Assembly (NCBI GenBank): GCA_036275935.1
Contig: DASUCS010000387.1
Span: forward strand, 1 to 35,681
Length of the DNA: 35,681 bases
Reading direction: 5' to 3'
DNA from: Acidimicrobiales bacterium
Lineage (GTDB): Bacteria; Actinomycetota; Acidimicrobiia; Acidimicrobiales; JACDCH01
In this document: positions 17,106-25,445 of the stretch, one piece after another
Numbering within the stretch: the first letter of the stretch is position 1
Layout: the number at the start of each line of letters is the position of its first letter
The notes under the pieces: model-generated
The model's database searches: none
Seen by the model: only the letters and a program-made list of their open reading frames with translations
Told to the model about the DNA's origin: nothing
Program-made: the position numbers and the translations under genes

Positions 17106-18751
17106 CGGGCGGCCAGCCCGACCCGCGCCGTTGGGTCACGCTCGGGATCATCATCATCTCGCTGGTGATCGTCGTGCTCGACACGACGGTGCTCAACGTG
17201 TCGATCCCGACGATCCTGCGCGAGCTGCACACCGAGCTGCCCACGCTGCAGTGGGTGATCACCGGGTACTCGCTCACGTTCGCGACGTTCCTCATCATCG
17301 GCGGTCGCATGGGCGACGTCTACGGCGCCCGCCGCATGTTCATCATCGGCGCCGCGTTGTTCGGCACCGGCTCGCTGCTGGCGTCAGCGGCCCAGTCGGT
17401 CACGTCGTTGATCGTCGGCGAAGCGATCATCGAGGGCATCGGAGCGTCGCTGATGATGCCGGCGACGCTCGCGATCTTGTCCACCACCTTCGACGGCCAC
17501 GAACGGGCGAAGGCCTTCGCCATCTGGGGCGCGGCGTCGGGTGTGGCCGTGGCGTTCGGCCCGGTGCTCGGCGGCTTCTTGACCACGAACTACTCGTGGC
17601 GGTGGGCGTTTCGCATCAACGTCATCGTCGCTCCGCTCGCCATCGTCGGTGCACTCGTGTTCATGCGCCGCCCGCCGCGCGTGCAGCGACGGCCGCGGAT
17701 CGACGTGCCGGGCGCGATGCTGATCGGGCTCGGCACGTTCTGCATCGTGTTCGCGCTCAGCGAGGGCGGCATCTACGGCTGGTTCCGACCGTTGCAGGAC
17801 TTCACGATCGGGTCGTTCGACGTGTGGCCCGCGTCGAGTCCTATCTCGCTGATCATGCCGATGGTGCTGCTGGCCACGCTCCTCCTCGCCGCGTTCGTGG
17901 TACTCGAGCGGCGCAAGGAACGCAACGCCGCCGATCCGCTGGTCGAGATCAGCCAGCTCCGGCACTTGAGCTACCGGTACGGACTGCTCACGACCGCCGT
18001 CCTCGCGATGGGACAGCTCGGCTTCCTGTTCGTGCTGCCGGTGCTGCTGCAAGACGGTGCGCAGCATCTCTCCGCCATCGAGACCGGCGTGTGGCTCATC
18101 CCGTCAGGGGTGTGCATCGCCATCGGCGCGCAGATCGGCGGACGGCTCACGCGGGTGGTCAACACGACGATCGTCGTGCGACTCGGCCTCGCATCCGAGG
18201 CCGTGGGGCTCGTGCTCATCGCCATGGCGGCCACATCGTCGATCACGTTCCTGCATCTGCTGCCGGGACTCATGGTGTTCAGCCTCGGACTCGGGTTCGC
18301 CAGCTCGCAGCTCACCAACGTCATACTCAGCGAGATCCCCAAAGAACACGCCGGCGCGGCGAGCGGCGCCAACACCACCGTGCGCCAGATGGGAGCGGCG
18401 CTCGGCATCGCCATCATCGGTTCGCTGCTCAGCAGCCAGATGCTGCGGCACGCCACCGACGCGATCCACAACTCGACGCTCGGGGCCGACGTGAAATCAC
18501 GAGCCCTCGACCAACTGCACGCCGCGGGCGTCGGCTTCGTACCGCCGCCGACGCTCATACGCGCGATCGAAGACGCCGTCGCATCCGGCGCGCGACCCGC
18601 GCTGCTCTTCGCCTCCGCAGTCGTCGGCACCGGCGCGCTGCTGTCGCTCCTGATCCCTCACGTACATCCCGTCGTATCTGAGGAAGCAGCGTTCACCGAA
18701 TCACTCGTCCTCGACGAACCCCTCGACGTCGAACCGTCACTGATCGACTGA
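17102..18751 (+). CDS. MFS transporter, DHA2 type (paralogue of 14926..16524)
   Basis: WVTLGIIIISLVIVVLDTTVLNVSIPTILREL..., GGRMGDVYGARR, multiple TM helices. 549 aa. Confidence 0.9.
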   Translation: MTGGQPDPRRWVTLGIIIISLVIVVLDTTVLNVSIPTILRELHTELPTLQWVITGYSLTFATFLIIGGRMGDVYGARRMFIIGAALFGTGSLLASAAQSVTSLIVGEAIIEGIGASLMMPATLAILSTTFDGHERAKAFAIWGAASGVAVAFGPVLGGFLTTNYSWRWAFRINVIVAPLAIVGALVFMRRPPRVQRRPRIDVPGAMLIGLGTFCIVFALSEGGIYGWFRPLQDFTIGSFDVWPASSPISLIMPMVLLATLLLAAFVVLERRKERNAADPLVEISQLRHLSYRYGLLTTAVLAMGQLGFLFVLPVLLQDGAQHLSAIETGVWLIPSGVCIAIGAQIGGRLTRVVNTTIVVRLGLASEAVGLVLIAMAATSSITFLHLLPGLMVFSLGLGFASSQLTNVILSEIPKEHAGAASGANTTVRQMGAALGIAIIGSLLSSQMLRHATDAIHNSTLGADVKSRALDQLHAAGVGFVPPPTLIRAIEDAVASGARPALLFASAVVGTGALLSLLIPHVHPVVSEEAAFTESLVLDEPLDVEPSLID

Positions 18752-18970
18752 GTCACCCGTCCCGACGATGGCGGAGGGGCACTGCAAGGAGAAGGATCGC
18801 TGTATGGGAAGGTCTCCCCGTCGATGCCCTCGTCCAGTTCGACGATGAGCTCACCTGAACAGCTCGCCGTAGCCAACCACCGCGGTCGCGTCAGCGTCAG
18901 CCGCACGCAGCGCTGCCCATAGCAGCGCTTGGTTGGCGGTCACGACTGGACGAGCCAGCTGCTGCTTCGG

Positions 18971-19624
18971 TTAGCGAGGCGCGGTCGGGGGCCGCGCTGG
19001 TAGCGAGCGGTGCGCCTTGTCTTGGGTGGACTTCCAGTCCGTTGCGAGTGGCTGCAGGAGAGCGCCAAGAGCGAGGCCGGCGACAAGCGCAGCGAGCACT
19101 GCAGTCCTGCGCAACGCGGTGCCGCGCACGCGAACGGCCCCCGGAGCCCAGTCGCGCGGCGCGACGCGAGCGGTTTCGACGATGTGTCCGAGTACGTGGG
19201 CAGTCATGGCCGCGAACCACAGGATGAAACTGGCCTTGTGGAACTGGAGCCACGGCGATCGATGATCGGATCCGAGCGCCAACAAGACAATGCCGGTTCC
19301 GATCACCGCCACGGTCAACACCACTACAAACGGGCCGATGAGCCGCAGCACGAGCGGCGGCGGTCCACGCCGTTGGTACGCCGGCGCGGACAGGTAGTAG
19401 CGGGCGGCGCGGTACGTGGTCGAGCCGATCTTGAGAATGACCGGTGGCGCAAGCGCCATCCCGATCACAACATGGATCCGCAGCAACGATCCAACGGAGA
19501 CCACGGTCAATCCCTCGATGGCGAGCAACACGAAGATGACTGCGCCGTTCGTCGCCGTCAGGCGCGCGTTGCTCTCGACGCCTTCGTCGGCCTTCGCGTT
19601 CAGGACCGGATCTGACAAGGGCAC
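18971..19624 (-). CDS. Hypothetical integral membrane protein
   Basis: 217-aa ORF with about 5 hydrophobic helices and conserved-looking His residues (LRIHVV, QFHKASFILWFAAMTAHVLGH). I could not assign a family. Confidence 0.6.
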   Translation of the reverse strand: MPLSDPVLNAKADEGVESNARLTATNGAVIFVLLAIEGLTVVSVGSLLRIHVVIGMALAPPVILKIGSTTYRAARYYLSAPAYQRRGPPPLVLRLIGPFVVVLTVAVIGTGIVLLALGSDHRSPWLQFHKASFILWFAAMTAHVLGHIVETARVAPRDWAPGAVRVRGTALRRTAVLAALVAGLALGALLQPLATDWKSTQDKAHRSLPARPPTAPR

Positions 19625-19738
19625 CTACTGATGTCATGACCTCGTGTCTCGACTCGCGACTCCCGGCACGCCGTGGTCCCGCTACGCCGCGGCATGAACG
19701 TACTGCGCGGCGACGCTCGGCCGTCGTCGAGCGCGACG

Positions 19739-20497
19739 ATGGCGCCCTGCGGCAATCGGTGTGCGCTGTGGACGAGGCTGGTGGTCGTGACCCGATTACT
19801 ACCCGACCATCTCGCCGCAGAACGCCACCTCGGTGGCCGGGCCTCGTGGCTGCGCGCCGCCGTGCTCGGCGCCAACGATGGCCTCATCTCCACAGCCAGC
19901 CTCGTTGTGGGCGTCGCCGCGGCTGACAACACTCGCTCGGCCCTGCTGATTGCCGGCATCGCCGGCCTCACCGCCGGCGCGCTGTCGATGGCCGCAGGCG
20001 AGTACGTGTCGGTCAGCTCGCAGCTCGACACCGAACGGGCCGATCTCGCACGCGAACAAGCCGAGCTCGAGGCCGACCCGGCGGCCGAGGTCGCTGAGCT
20101 CAGCGCGATCTACCAACAACGAGGCCTGAGCGCCGAGCTCGCCCGCAGGGTCGCAGTCGAGCTGTCGGCCCACGACCGACTACCGATCCACGCCCGCGAC
20201 GAACTCGGCGTCGATGTCGAGGCCCTCGCCCGCCCAGTTCAGGCGTCGGTGGTCTCGGCGTCGTCGTTCGTCAGCGGTGCACTCCTGCCGGTCCTGTGCG
20301 TCGCTCTCGCACCAGCATCAGTCCGCATCGCGCTCACCATCGTCGCAACTCTCACAGGGTTGTTGGTCCTCGGCATCACCGGTGCTCGCCTCGGTGGCGC
20401 ACCGCAGGGCCGTGCCGCGGCCCGTGTCCTCATCGGTGGGATGCTCGCCCTCGCCATCGCCGTAGGCATCGGACGTCTCACCGGCGCCGCGGTCTGA
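19739..20497 (+). CDS. VIT1/CCC1 family Fe/Mn transporter-like protein
   Basis: WLRAAVLGANDGLISTASLVVGVAAA and AGALSMAAGEYVSVSSQ are VIT1 signatures. The start is uncertain: the ORF opens at 19673, and in-frame candidates are ATG 19739 and GTG 19781 or 19787. Confidence 0.8.
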   Translation: MAPCGNRCALWTRLVVVTRLLPDHLAAERHLGGRASWLRAAVLGANDGLISTASLVVGVAAADNTRSALLIAGIAGLTAGALSMAAGEYVSVSSQLDTERADLAREQAELEADPAAEVAELSAIYQQRGLSAELARRVAVELSAHDRLPIHARDELGVDVEALARPVQASVVSASSFVSGALLPVLCVALAPASVRIALTIVATLTGLLVLGITGARLGGAPQGRAAARVLIGGMLALAIAVGIGRLTGAAV

Positions 20498-20634
20498 CAA
20501 CGAAAGCACGAGGCTCAACTGAGCGCAGCCCTGTGGCCGCGCCCGCGCAGCGGTTCGCCTCACGGTCGCCACGGGTAGGGGCCCGGCGTGCCCGCCCCCT
20601 GTCGGTCCGCCGTGCTGCAACGGATCGCGGCACG

Positions 20635-21699
20635 GTGAGTTCGGTCGCCTCGCCGCTGCTGCTCGCGATCTTCGTCGGCTGTGGCGCGGCGATCTGGATC
20701 GCCGGCATCAAGTTGTCCGACGCGACGGACGTGCTGTCGGAGCGTCTCCATCTCGGTGCGGCAGTTGGGGGTGTGATCCTGCTGGCCGTCGCGACCAACC
20801 TTCCGGAGGTCGCGATCACGGCGAGCGCCGCGCTCGCCCATGATCTCGACGTCGCTGTTGGGAACATCCTGGGCGGCATCGCCCTTCAGACGGTGGTGCT
20901 GGTGATCCTCGACGGGACCGGTGTGCGCCCACGCAAACCGCTGACCTATCTCGCCGCGTCGCTCGGGCTCGTGATCGAAGGCGCGCTCGTCGTCGCGATC
21001 CTGTTCGTGGTCGTCATGTCCACGCAGCTCCCGAACGACCTCATCGCCTTCCGACTCGCTCCCGGCGCGGTGCTCATCACCATCGTCTGGGGAGTCGGCC
21101 TGGTGCTCGTACGGACCGCCGGGAGGAGCCTGCCCTGGCATCAGGGCGGCGAGGCCCCCGACAACCAGCCCGAACCGCGCGGCCACTCCAAGACGAAGAA
21201 GGAGCGCGACGCCACCGATCGGGGCGTGTCCACCCGCCGAGCCGGCGCAGTATTCGCCGTTGCGGCCGCGGTGACGCTCGTTGCCGGCGTCTTCATCGAA
21301 CGCAGTGGCGAGACCCTCTTCGGTCGCTGGGGCATGTCCGGCGTCCTGTTCGGAGCGACCGTCCTTGCCGCGGCGACGTCGCTCCCCGAGCTCTCGACCG
21401 GGTTGGCCTCGACGCGCCTCGGCGACTATCAGCTGGCCATCAGCGACATCTTCGGCGGCAACGCGTTCCTGCCCGTGCTGTTTCTGCTCGCCACCGTGCT
21501 CTCCGGATCAGTGGTGCTGCCACTCGCCCACGACACGGACATCTACCTGACGGCGCTCGGCGGGCTCCTCACGGTCGTCTATCTCGCCGGCCTCGTCTTC
21601 CGACCCCAACGCCAATGGTTCCGATTGGGACCAGACTCGATCGCTGTCGTGGTGCTCTACACGGCGGGCGTCGTCGGGCTCGGGCTCATCGCCCGCTGA
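20635..21699 (+). CDS. CaCA-type cation:proton/sodium antiporter (Na_Ca_ex family)
   Basis: In-frame GTG at 20635 of ORF 20296..21699. Two alpha-repeat-like regions are present (AVATNLPEVAITASAAL and AAATSLPELSTGLAS). About 10 TM helices, 354 aa. Confidence 0.8.
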   Translation: MSSVASPLLLAIFVGCGAAIWIAGIKLSDATDVLSERLHLGAAVGGVILLAVATNLPEVAITASAALAHDLDVAVGNILGGIALQTVVLVILDGTGVRPRKPLTYLAASLGLVIEGALVVAILFVVVMSTQLPNDLIAFRLAPGAVLITIVWGVGLVLVRTAGRSLPWHQGGEAPDNQPEPRGHSKTKKERDATDRGVSTRRAGAVFAVAAAVTLVAGVFIERSGETLFGRWGMSGVLFGATVLAAATSLPELSTGLASTRLGDYQLAISDIFGGNAFLPVLFLLATVLSGSVVLPLAHDTDIYLTALGGLLTVVYLAGLVFRPQRQWFRLGPDSIAVVVLYTAGVVGLGLIAR

Positions 21700-21886
21700 G
21701 CGCAACGCTCGGCAGCGGCGAATCCCGCGCCGGGATGTTCGACCATCGCGTGCGCGTGCTGGTCAGCGACGGCGAACGACGTAGGAGATAGCTCCGACAG
21801 TGCGGTCCGATGGCAAATGATCTGTGCCACACCTTCGACAGAAGGGATTGTTCTCGCTCCGAGATGTGCGTCACGGCGAGGACCGC

Positions 21887-22258
21887 TCAGCTGTCACGTT
21901 CCCACGGCGCCGTGTCGTCCATCTTCGCGTAGTACTTCGACAGGTGGGACTTGACTCGGTCGATGTCGTCGTCTGGGAGGTCCACGCCGCCTCGTGATCC
22001 TTGTATGACAGCGCCGGCGGCCATCACTGCCCGAGGCACGGCCCGGAGCCGACCGTCGACGACGTCGGAGATCAGGAGCTTGTACGAGCCGAAATTCTCC
22101 TTGTTCTCGTTGTCGTACCAGACGTGGGCGTCTCGGTACTTCTCGTTGGGCGCGTCGTTGGCATCGGCCCACTCGCGGACTCGAGACTCCGCGGCGTCGC
22201 CGTCCCACTCGCGATCTCGGTCGGCCAACGGAAGGTCCTGGAATGCGGTGACGGACAT
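21887..22258 (-). CDS. Small acidic conserved hypothetical protein
   Basis: ATG (complement of 22256-22258) preceded by GAGGAG: MSVTAFQDLPLADRDREWDGDAAESRVREWA...YKLLISDVVDGRLRAVPRAVMAAGAVIQGSRGGVDLPDDDIDRVKSHLSKYY... 123 aa. The layout resembles a module I recall at the N-terminus of some phage prohead-protease/capsid genes; this is an unverified recollection. Confidence 0.6.
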   Translation of the reverse strand: MSVTAFQDLPLADRDREWDGDAAESRVREWADANDAPNEKYRDAHVWYDNENKENFGSYKLLISDVVDGRLRAVPRAVMAAGAVIQGSRGGVDLPDDDIDRVKSHLSKYYAKMDDTAPWERDS

Positions 22259-22522
22259 GTGGTTCTCCTCTCGTCTGCGACACCCCGGCAGGCGAGAGGC
22301 GCCAGCCACGTCCTATGGAGGGCCTGCGTGCCGGAAAGCGTCGCCGTGACCGTACGTACCTAGCTGATGCTTGCAGCGATACAACTGTCTTCGAGAGGCC
22401 GCTTTGTTCTCGCGCGGCCGCTGAGGGCGGCGCGGCCCGACATGACGGGTGAGGTCGGCCCGCGAACGGGTACAGAGCAGCGTGCGGGGCAGAGCGTGCG
22501 GGGCGTGGACAGAGGAGTTCTC

Positions 22523-23905
22523 ATGGTGAATGCACTTGGCCCTGTGGTGATCGGTGTGGATGAGGCCGGGACCGCGACCGCGGCGCTCGATTGGGCGGTG
22601 GAGTTGTGCGACGACACGGCTGCCGAACTCGTCGCGGTCACCGCGGTTTCATCCGAGCAGGCGGAGCTCCCACCGCGTTGGCACGCCGACATGATCGAGG
22701 ACGCGCGCCGCCGGCTCTCGAGTCAGATCAGAGTCGCTGGAGATGCCACACGACATCGATCGCTGGTGATCGAGGGTGATGCCGCAGAGGTTCTCGAGCG
22801 GGCAGTGGACGATGAGAGCGCTTCAGTCGTCGTGCTCGGCGCGCACGACGACGAAGGTTCGAGTCGGGTGACTGAGGCCTTGTCGCATCACCTCGAGGCT
22901 GCAGTCGTCATCGTGCCCCAGGTTGGCGGTCGCATCGCACACGGCAAGATCGTCGTGGGGGTGGACGGTTCCGACGGAAGTCAGGCCGCGCTTCAGTGGG
23001 CGGCGTCCGTGGCAGCGCGCACACGAGCGTCGCTGCACGCGGTGTATGCCTACGAGCCCTTGGCGGATTCCTACCCACATGGGCCCGTCGAGAATTGGCG
23101 GTACCGCGGGCAACAAGACGTCGAGGCGCAAGTCAACAGACTGAACTTCGATGGTGACATCGAGTTGACGCTGGTCGGCGCCGATCCGATCGCCGCGCTC
23201 GCGCAGGTCGGCGAGCAAGACGATGCGGCCCTTGTCGTGGTGGGCACCAAGGGACGCGGCGGACTGCACGGGCTGGTGCTCGGACGCGTGCCTTCGCAAC
23301 TCCCTCGAGACGCGCATCGGCCAGTCGCTGTGATCCATCATCGGGGCGACGCCCGTCCCGTCGTCGACGATCGGACCCCTCGGCCTGAGGTGGCCAGGGG
23401 CTGGCATCGGGTGAAGGGCCGAATGAGACAGGTGCTCGGATGGTTGACCGCTGATCGCGTGGAGCAGGCCAAAGGCGAGGCCGAGCTCAGGGTCGGCGAG
23501 GACCCGACAGGAGCCACGATCGATCGGGTCGAGCGTGACGTAAAGGAGCGGTACGGCGAAACACTCGAGCCACACGACGAGCGCGGCACTCCGAGCGAGC
23601 AACCACAGGGTATGGAGGCGATGCTCGACGCAGTGGACCGGCTCCGCGCGGCTGGCTACCTCGCTGATTTCGAACCACGCAGGGATGCGGAACTCCAGTG
23701 CAGCGAGTGCGGACGTACCGTTCCGGCACGTGCGGTCGTCGTGGACGAGAGAGTGCGATTCGAGGGTGAGTCCAATCCGGGTGACGAAGCGATTCTCGTT
23801 GCGCTCACCTCTCCGTGTGGGCACCGAGGTCTGTACCGCGCGGCGTTTGGCGCGTCGGCCCCTTCTGACGACGCCGTGGTTCTGCAGGCCTTGGGCCCGG
23901 ACTAG
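22523..23905 (+). CDS. Tandem universal stress protein (USP) domains fused to a CsbD-like segment and a Cys-containing C-terminal module
   Basis: ATG at 22523 after AGAGGAG. USP1 (VVIGVDEAGTATAALDWAVE...) lacks the ATP loop. USP2 (IVVGVDGSDGSQAALQWAA...VVVGTKGRGGLHGLVLGRVPSQL) retains it. A CsbD-like stretch follows (KGRMRQVLGWLTADRVEQAKGEAELRVGE, nt 23399-23551). The C-terminal module has CSEC...CGH (nt 23612-23902). Confidence 0.8.
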   Translation: MVNALGPVVIGVDEAGTATAALDWAVELCDDTAAELVAVTAVSSEQAELPPRWHADMIEDARRRLSSQIRVAGDATRHRSLVIEGDAAEVLERAVDDESASVVVLGAHDDEGSSRVTEALSHHLEAAVVIVPQVGGRIAHGKIVVGVDGSDGSQAALQWAASVAARTRASLHAVYAYEPLADSYPHGPVENWRYRGQQDVEAQVNRLNFDGDIELTLVGADPIAALAQVGEQDDAALVVVGTKGRGGLHGLVLGRVPSQLPRDAHRPVAVIHHRGDARPVVDDRTPRPEVARGWHRVKGRMRQVLGWLTADRVEQAKGEAELRVGEDPTGATIDRVERDVKERYGETLEPHDERGTPSEQPQGMEAMLDAVDRLRAAGYLADFEPRRDAELQCSECGRTVPARAVVVDERVRFEGESNPGDEAILVALTSPCGHRGLYRAAFGASAPSDDAVVLQALGPD

Positions 23906-23991
23906 CCCGGCATGCGCCAAGCGCCCGGCGGCCACGCGCGCTCTGTGCGACGCGCAACTGCGTCGGCTTCTACACACCTGACGGAGGACTT

Positions 23992-24183
23992 GTGCATCTC
24001 GAGATGACCAACGACGAACATCGGGCACTGCGGGACGTGCTCGCCGCTGTTCTGTCCGACATGAGCATGGAGATCGCCGATACGGACAACGCGGGCTACC
24101 GGGCCGGGCTGCGCGAGCGCCGGGCACTTCTGCAGTCCATACAGGCCAAGCTCGACGGCGGCTCGCGGCAAGACGACGCGTGA
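23992..24183 (+). CDS. Small helical hypothetical protein (63 aa)
   Basis: GTG at 23992, 3 nt after ACGGAGGA: VHLEMTNDEHRALRDVLAAVLSDMSMEIADTDNAGYRAGLRERRALLQSIQAKL... High GC3 and two predicted helices. Confidence 0.5.
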   Translation: MHLEMTNDEHRALRDVLAAVLSDMSMEIADTDNAGYRAGLRERRALLQSIQAKLDGGSRQDDA

Positions 24184-24300
24184 ACACACCGACAACGCGA
24201 AGTCACCCGTTCGAGCATCAGGCGCGGTAGTCGTCGCGCGACAACGGCGCCGTCGTCAGCGAACCATCCCCGAGTTCCTCGTCTGGCCTTCCGCCGCCCT

Positions 24301-25311
24301 TCAACCGATCCGTTGCGTGCCCGTCCGCCCGCCGGAGGACACGGGCAGGACGGCAAGTGCTGTCAGGCGGGGCAGCGTTGGCCACTGCACGTTGGTCGCC
24401 CACCCCGCCTGCTCGAACCAGCGGATGAGCCGGGCGGAGGAATCGATCTGGCCACGGCCGACGCCGTGGCGAGCCGACGACGGGTATGCGTGGTGGAGGT
24501 TGTGCCAGGACTCGCCGAAGGAGAGCACGGACAGGGCACTGACGTTGCGGCTGTGGTCCTCGGTACGGAACGGCCGACGGCCGATCATGTGGCAGATCGA
24601 GTTGACGCTCCAGGTGACATGGTGCAGCAGCGCCATGCGTAACAGCCCAGCCCACACCAGCGCGGTGATCCCGCCGACCAGCGAGCCTGACCACAGCCAC
24701 CCGATCGCGAAGGGCAGCGCGAGCGACGCGATTGCCCAGACGGGAAAGAGCGTGTCGATCCTTCGGACGTCGCGATCGCGGATCAGGTCGGCGGCGTAGC
24801 GTTCCGGCGAGGCCGGGTTGCTGGTGAACAGCCAGCCGACGTGGGCGTGAACGAACCCACGCACCGGCCCGAGGTGGCCGCGGGCGTTGGTGTGAGGCGA
24901 GTGTGGGTCGCCGGGTTTGTCGCTGTGGACGTGGTGACGTCGATGGTTCGCCACCCAGCTGACGACGGAGCCTTCGACGGCCATCGAACCAGCGACTGCC
25001 AACGCGATCTTGAGCGGACGCTTGGGGGTGAAGCCCCGGTGCGTGAACAGGCGATGGAACCCGACGGTCACACCGTGTCCGGTGATGCCATACAACACCG
25101 CCGCGAGCACGAGATCGCGCAGGTGGACGGCGCGACCCCACAACAGCGGGACCGAGACTGCGACCGCGGCGATCGGCGAGACGATCAGAAATGCGGTCAC
25201 GGCTCGGGACGCGATCACCGCCGCGAGACGCGGGCTGGGCTGGGGGCCTTCGGACATGATTCCTCTTCCGGGGACGGGCTCGGAAGAGGCGGGCGCCGGC
25301 TTTCGAGACAT
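24301..25311 (-). CDS. Membrane acyl-CoA/acyl-lipid fatty acid desaturase (DesA3-like, three His boxes)
   Basis: His boxes HRLFTH, HRRHHVHSD and HNLHHAYPSSARHG, with an N-terminal TM pair. An alternative start is the ATG at 25257 (MSEGPQ...), preceded by GGAAGAGGAA. Confidence 0.88.
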   Translation of the reverse strand: MSRKPAPASSEPVPGRGIMSEGPQPSPRLAAVIASRAVTAFLIVSPIAAVAVSVPLLWGRAVHLRDLVLAAVLYGITGHGVTVGFHRLFTHRGFTPKRPLKIALAVAGSMAVEGSVVSWVANHRRHHVHSDKPGDPHSPHTNARGHLGPVRGFVHAHVGWLFTSNPASPERYAADLIRDRDVRRIDTLFPVWAIASLALPFAIGWLWSGSLVGGITALVWAGLLRMALLHHVTWSVNSICHMIGRRPFRTEDHSRNVSALSVLSFGESWHNLHHAYPSSARHGVGRGQIDSSARLIRWFEQAGWATNVQWPTLPRLTALAVLPVSSGGRTGTQRIG

Positions 25312-25445
25312 GACGGACTCACCAGGTCATGTCGTATGAACGGTACCAGCGGGAGTTCCGCACCCTGCAGTCGGGGAGTGGATTGATGAACTGAACTGGG
25401 GATGCTTGGTGTCTGTCGCCGGCGTAGAACGAGGCGCAGTCTGCG

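Noticed and set aside
14854-18681. Arg-rich alternative-frame ORFs inside the MFS genes (for example 15348..16496, 15993..17033, 17080..18681, 17384..18067)
   Set aside because: They overlap the hydrophobic 14-TMS reading frames and the TetR HTH frame, and their translations are poly-Arg/Gly/His-like.
18752-18970. Small ORFs in the MFS / membrane-protein convergent gap: 26-codon Cys/Arg-rich plus-strand ORF (MAEGHCKEKDRCMGRSPRRCPRPVRR) and minus ORF 18658..18906
   Set aside because: Neither has an SD. Codon bias decays along the ORFs, the minus ORF overlaps the MFS 3' end, and no recognisable motif is present. A short gene relic (…GELIVELDEGIDGETFPY…) cannot be excluded.
20498-20634. Possible metal riboswitch (for example yybP-ykoY Mn type) upstream of the CaCA transporter, and upstream of VIT1 (19625-19790)
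   Set aside because: I could not find the conserved GGGGAGUAG / GUCAAC-type cores or a convincing four-way junction. Only generic GC-rich sequence is present.
24218-25386. ORFs 24218..25141 (-, 307 aa) and 24841..25386 (+, 181 aa)
   Set aside because: They are alternative-frame or antisense to the desaturase frame, which carries all three His boxes, and their translations are Arg/Pro-rich.
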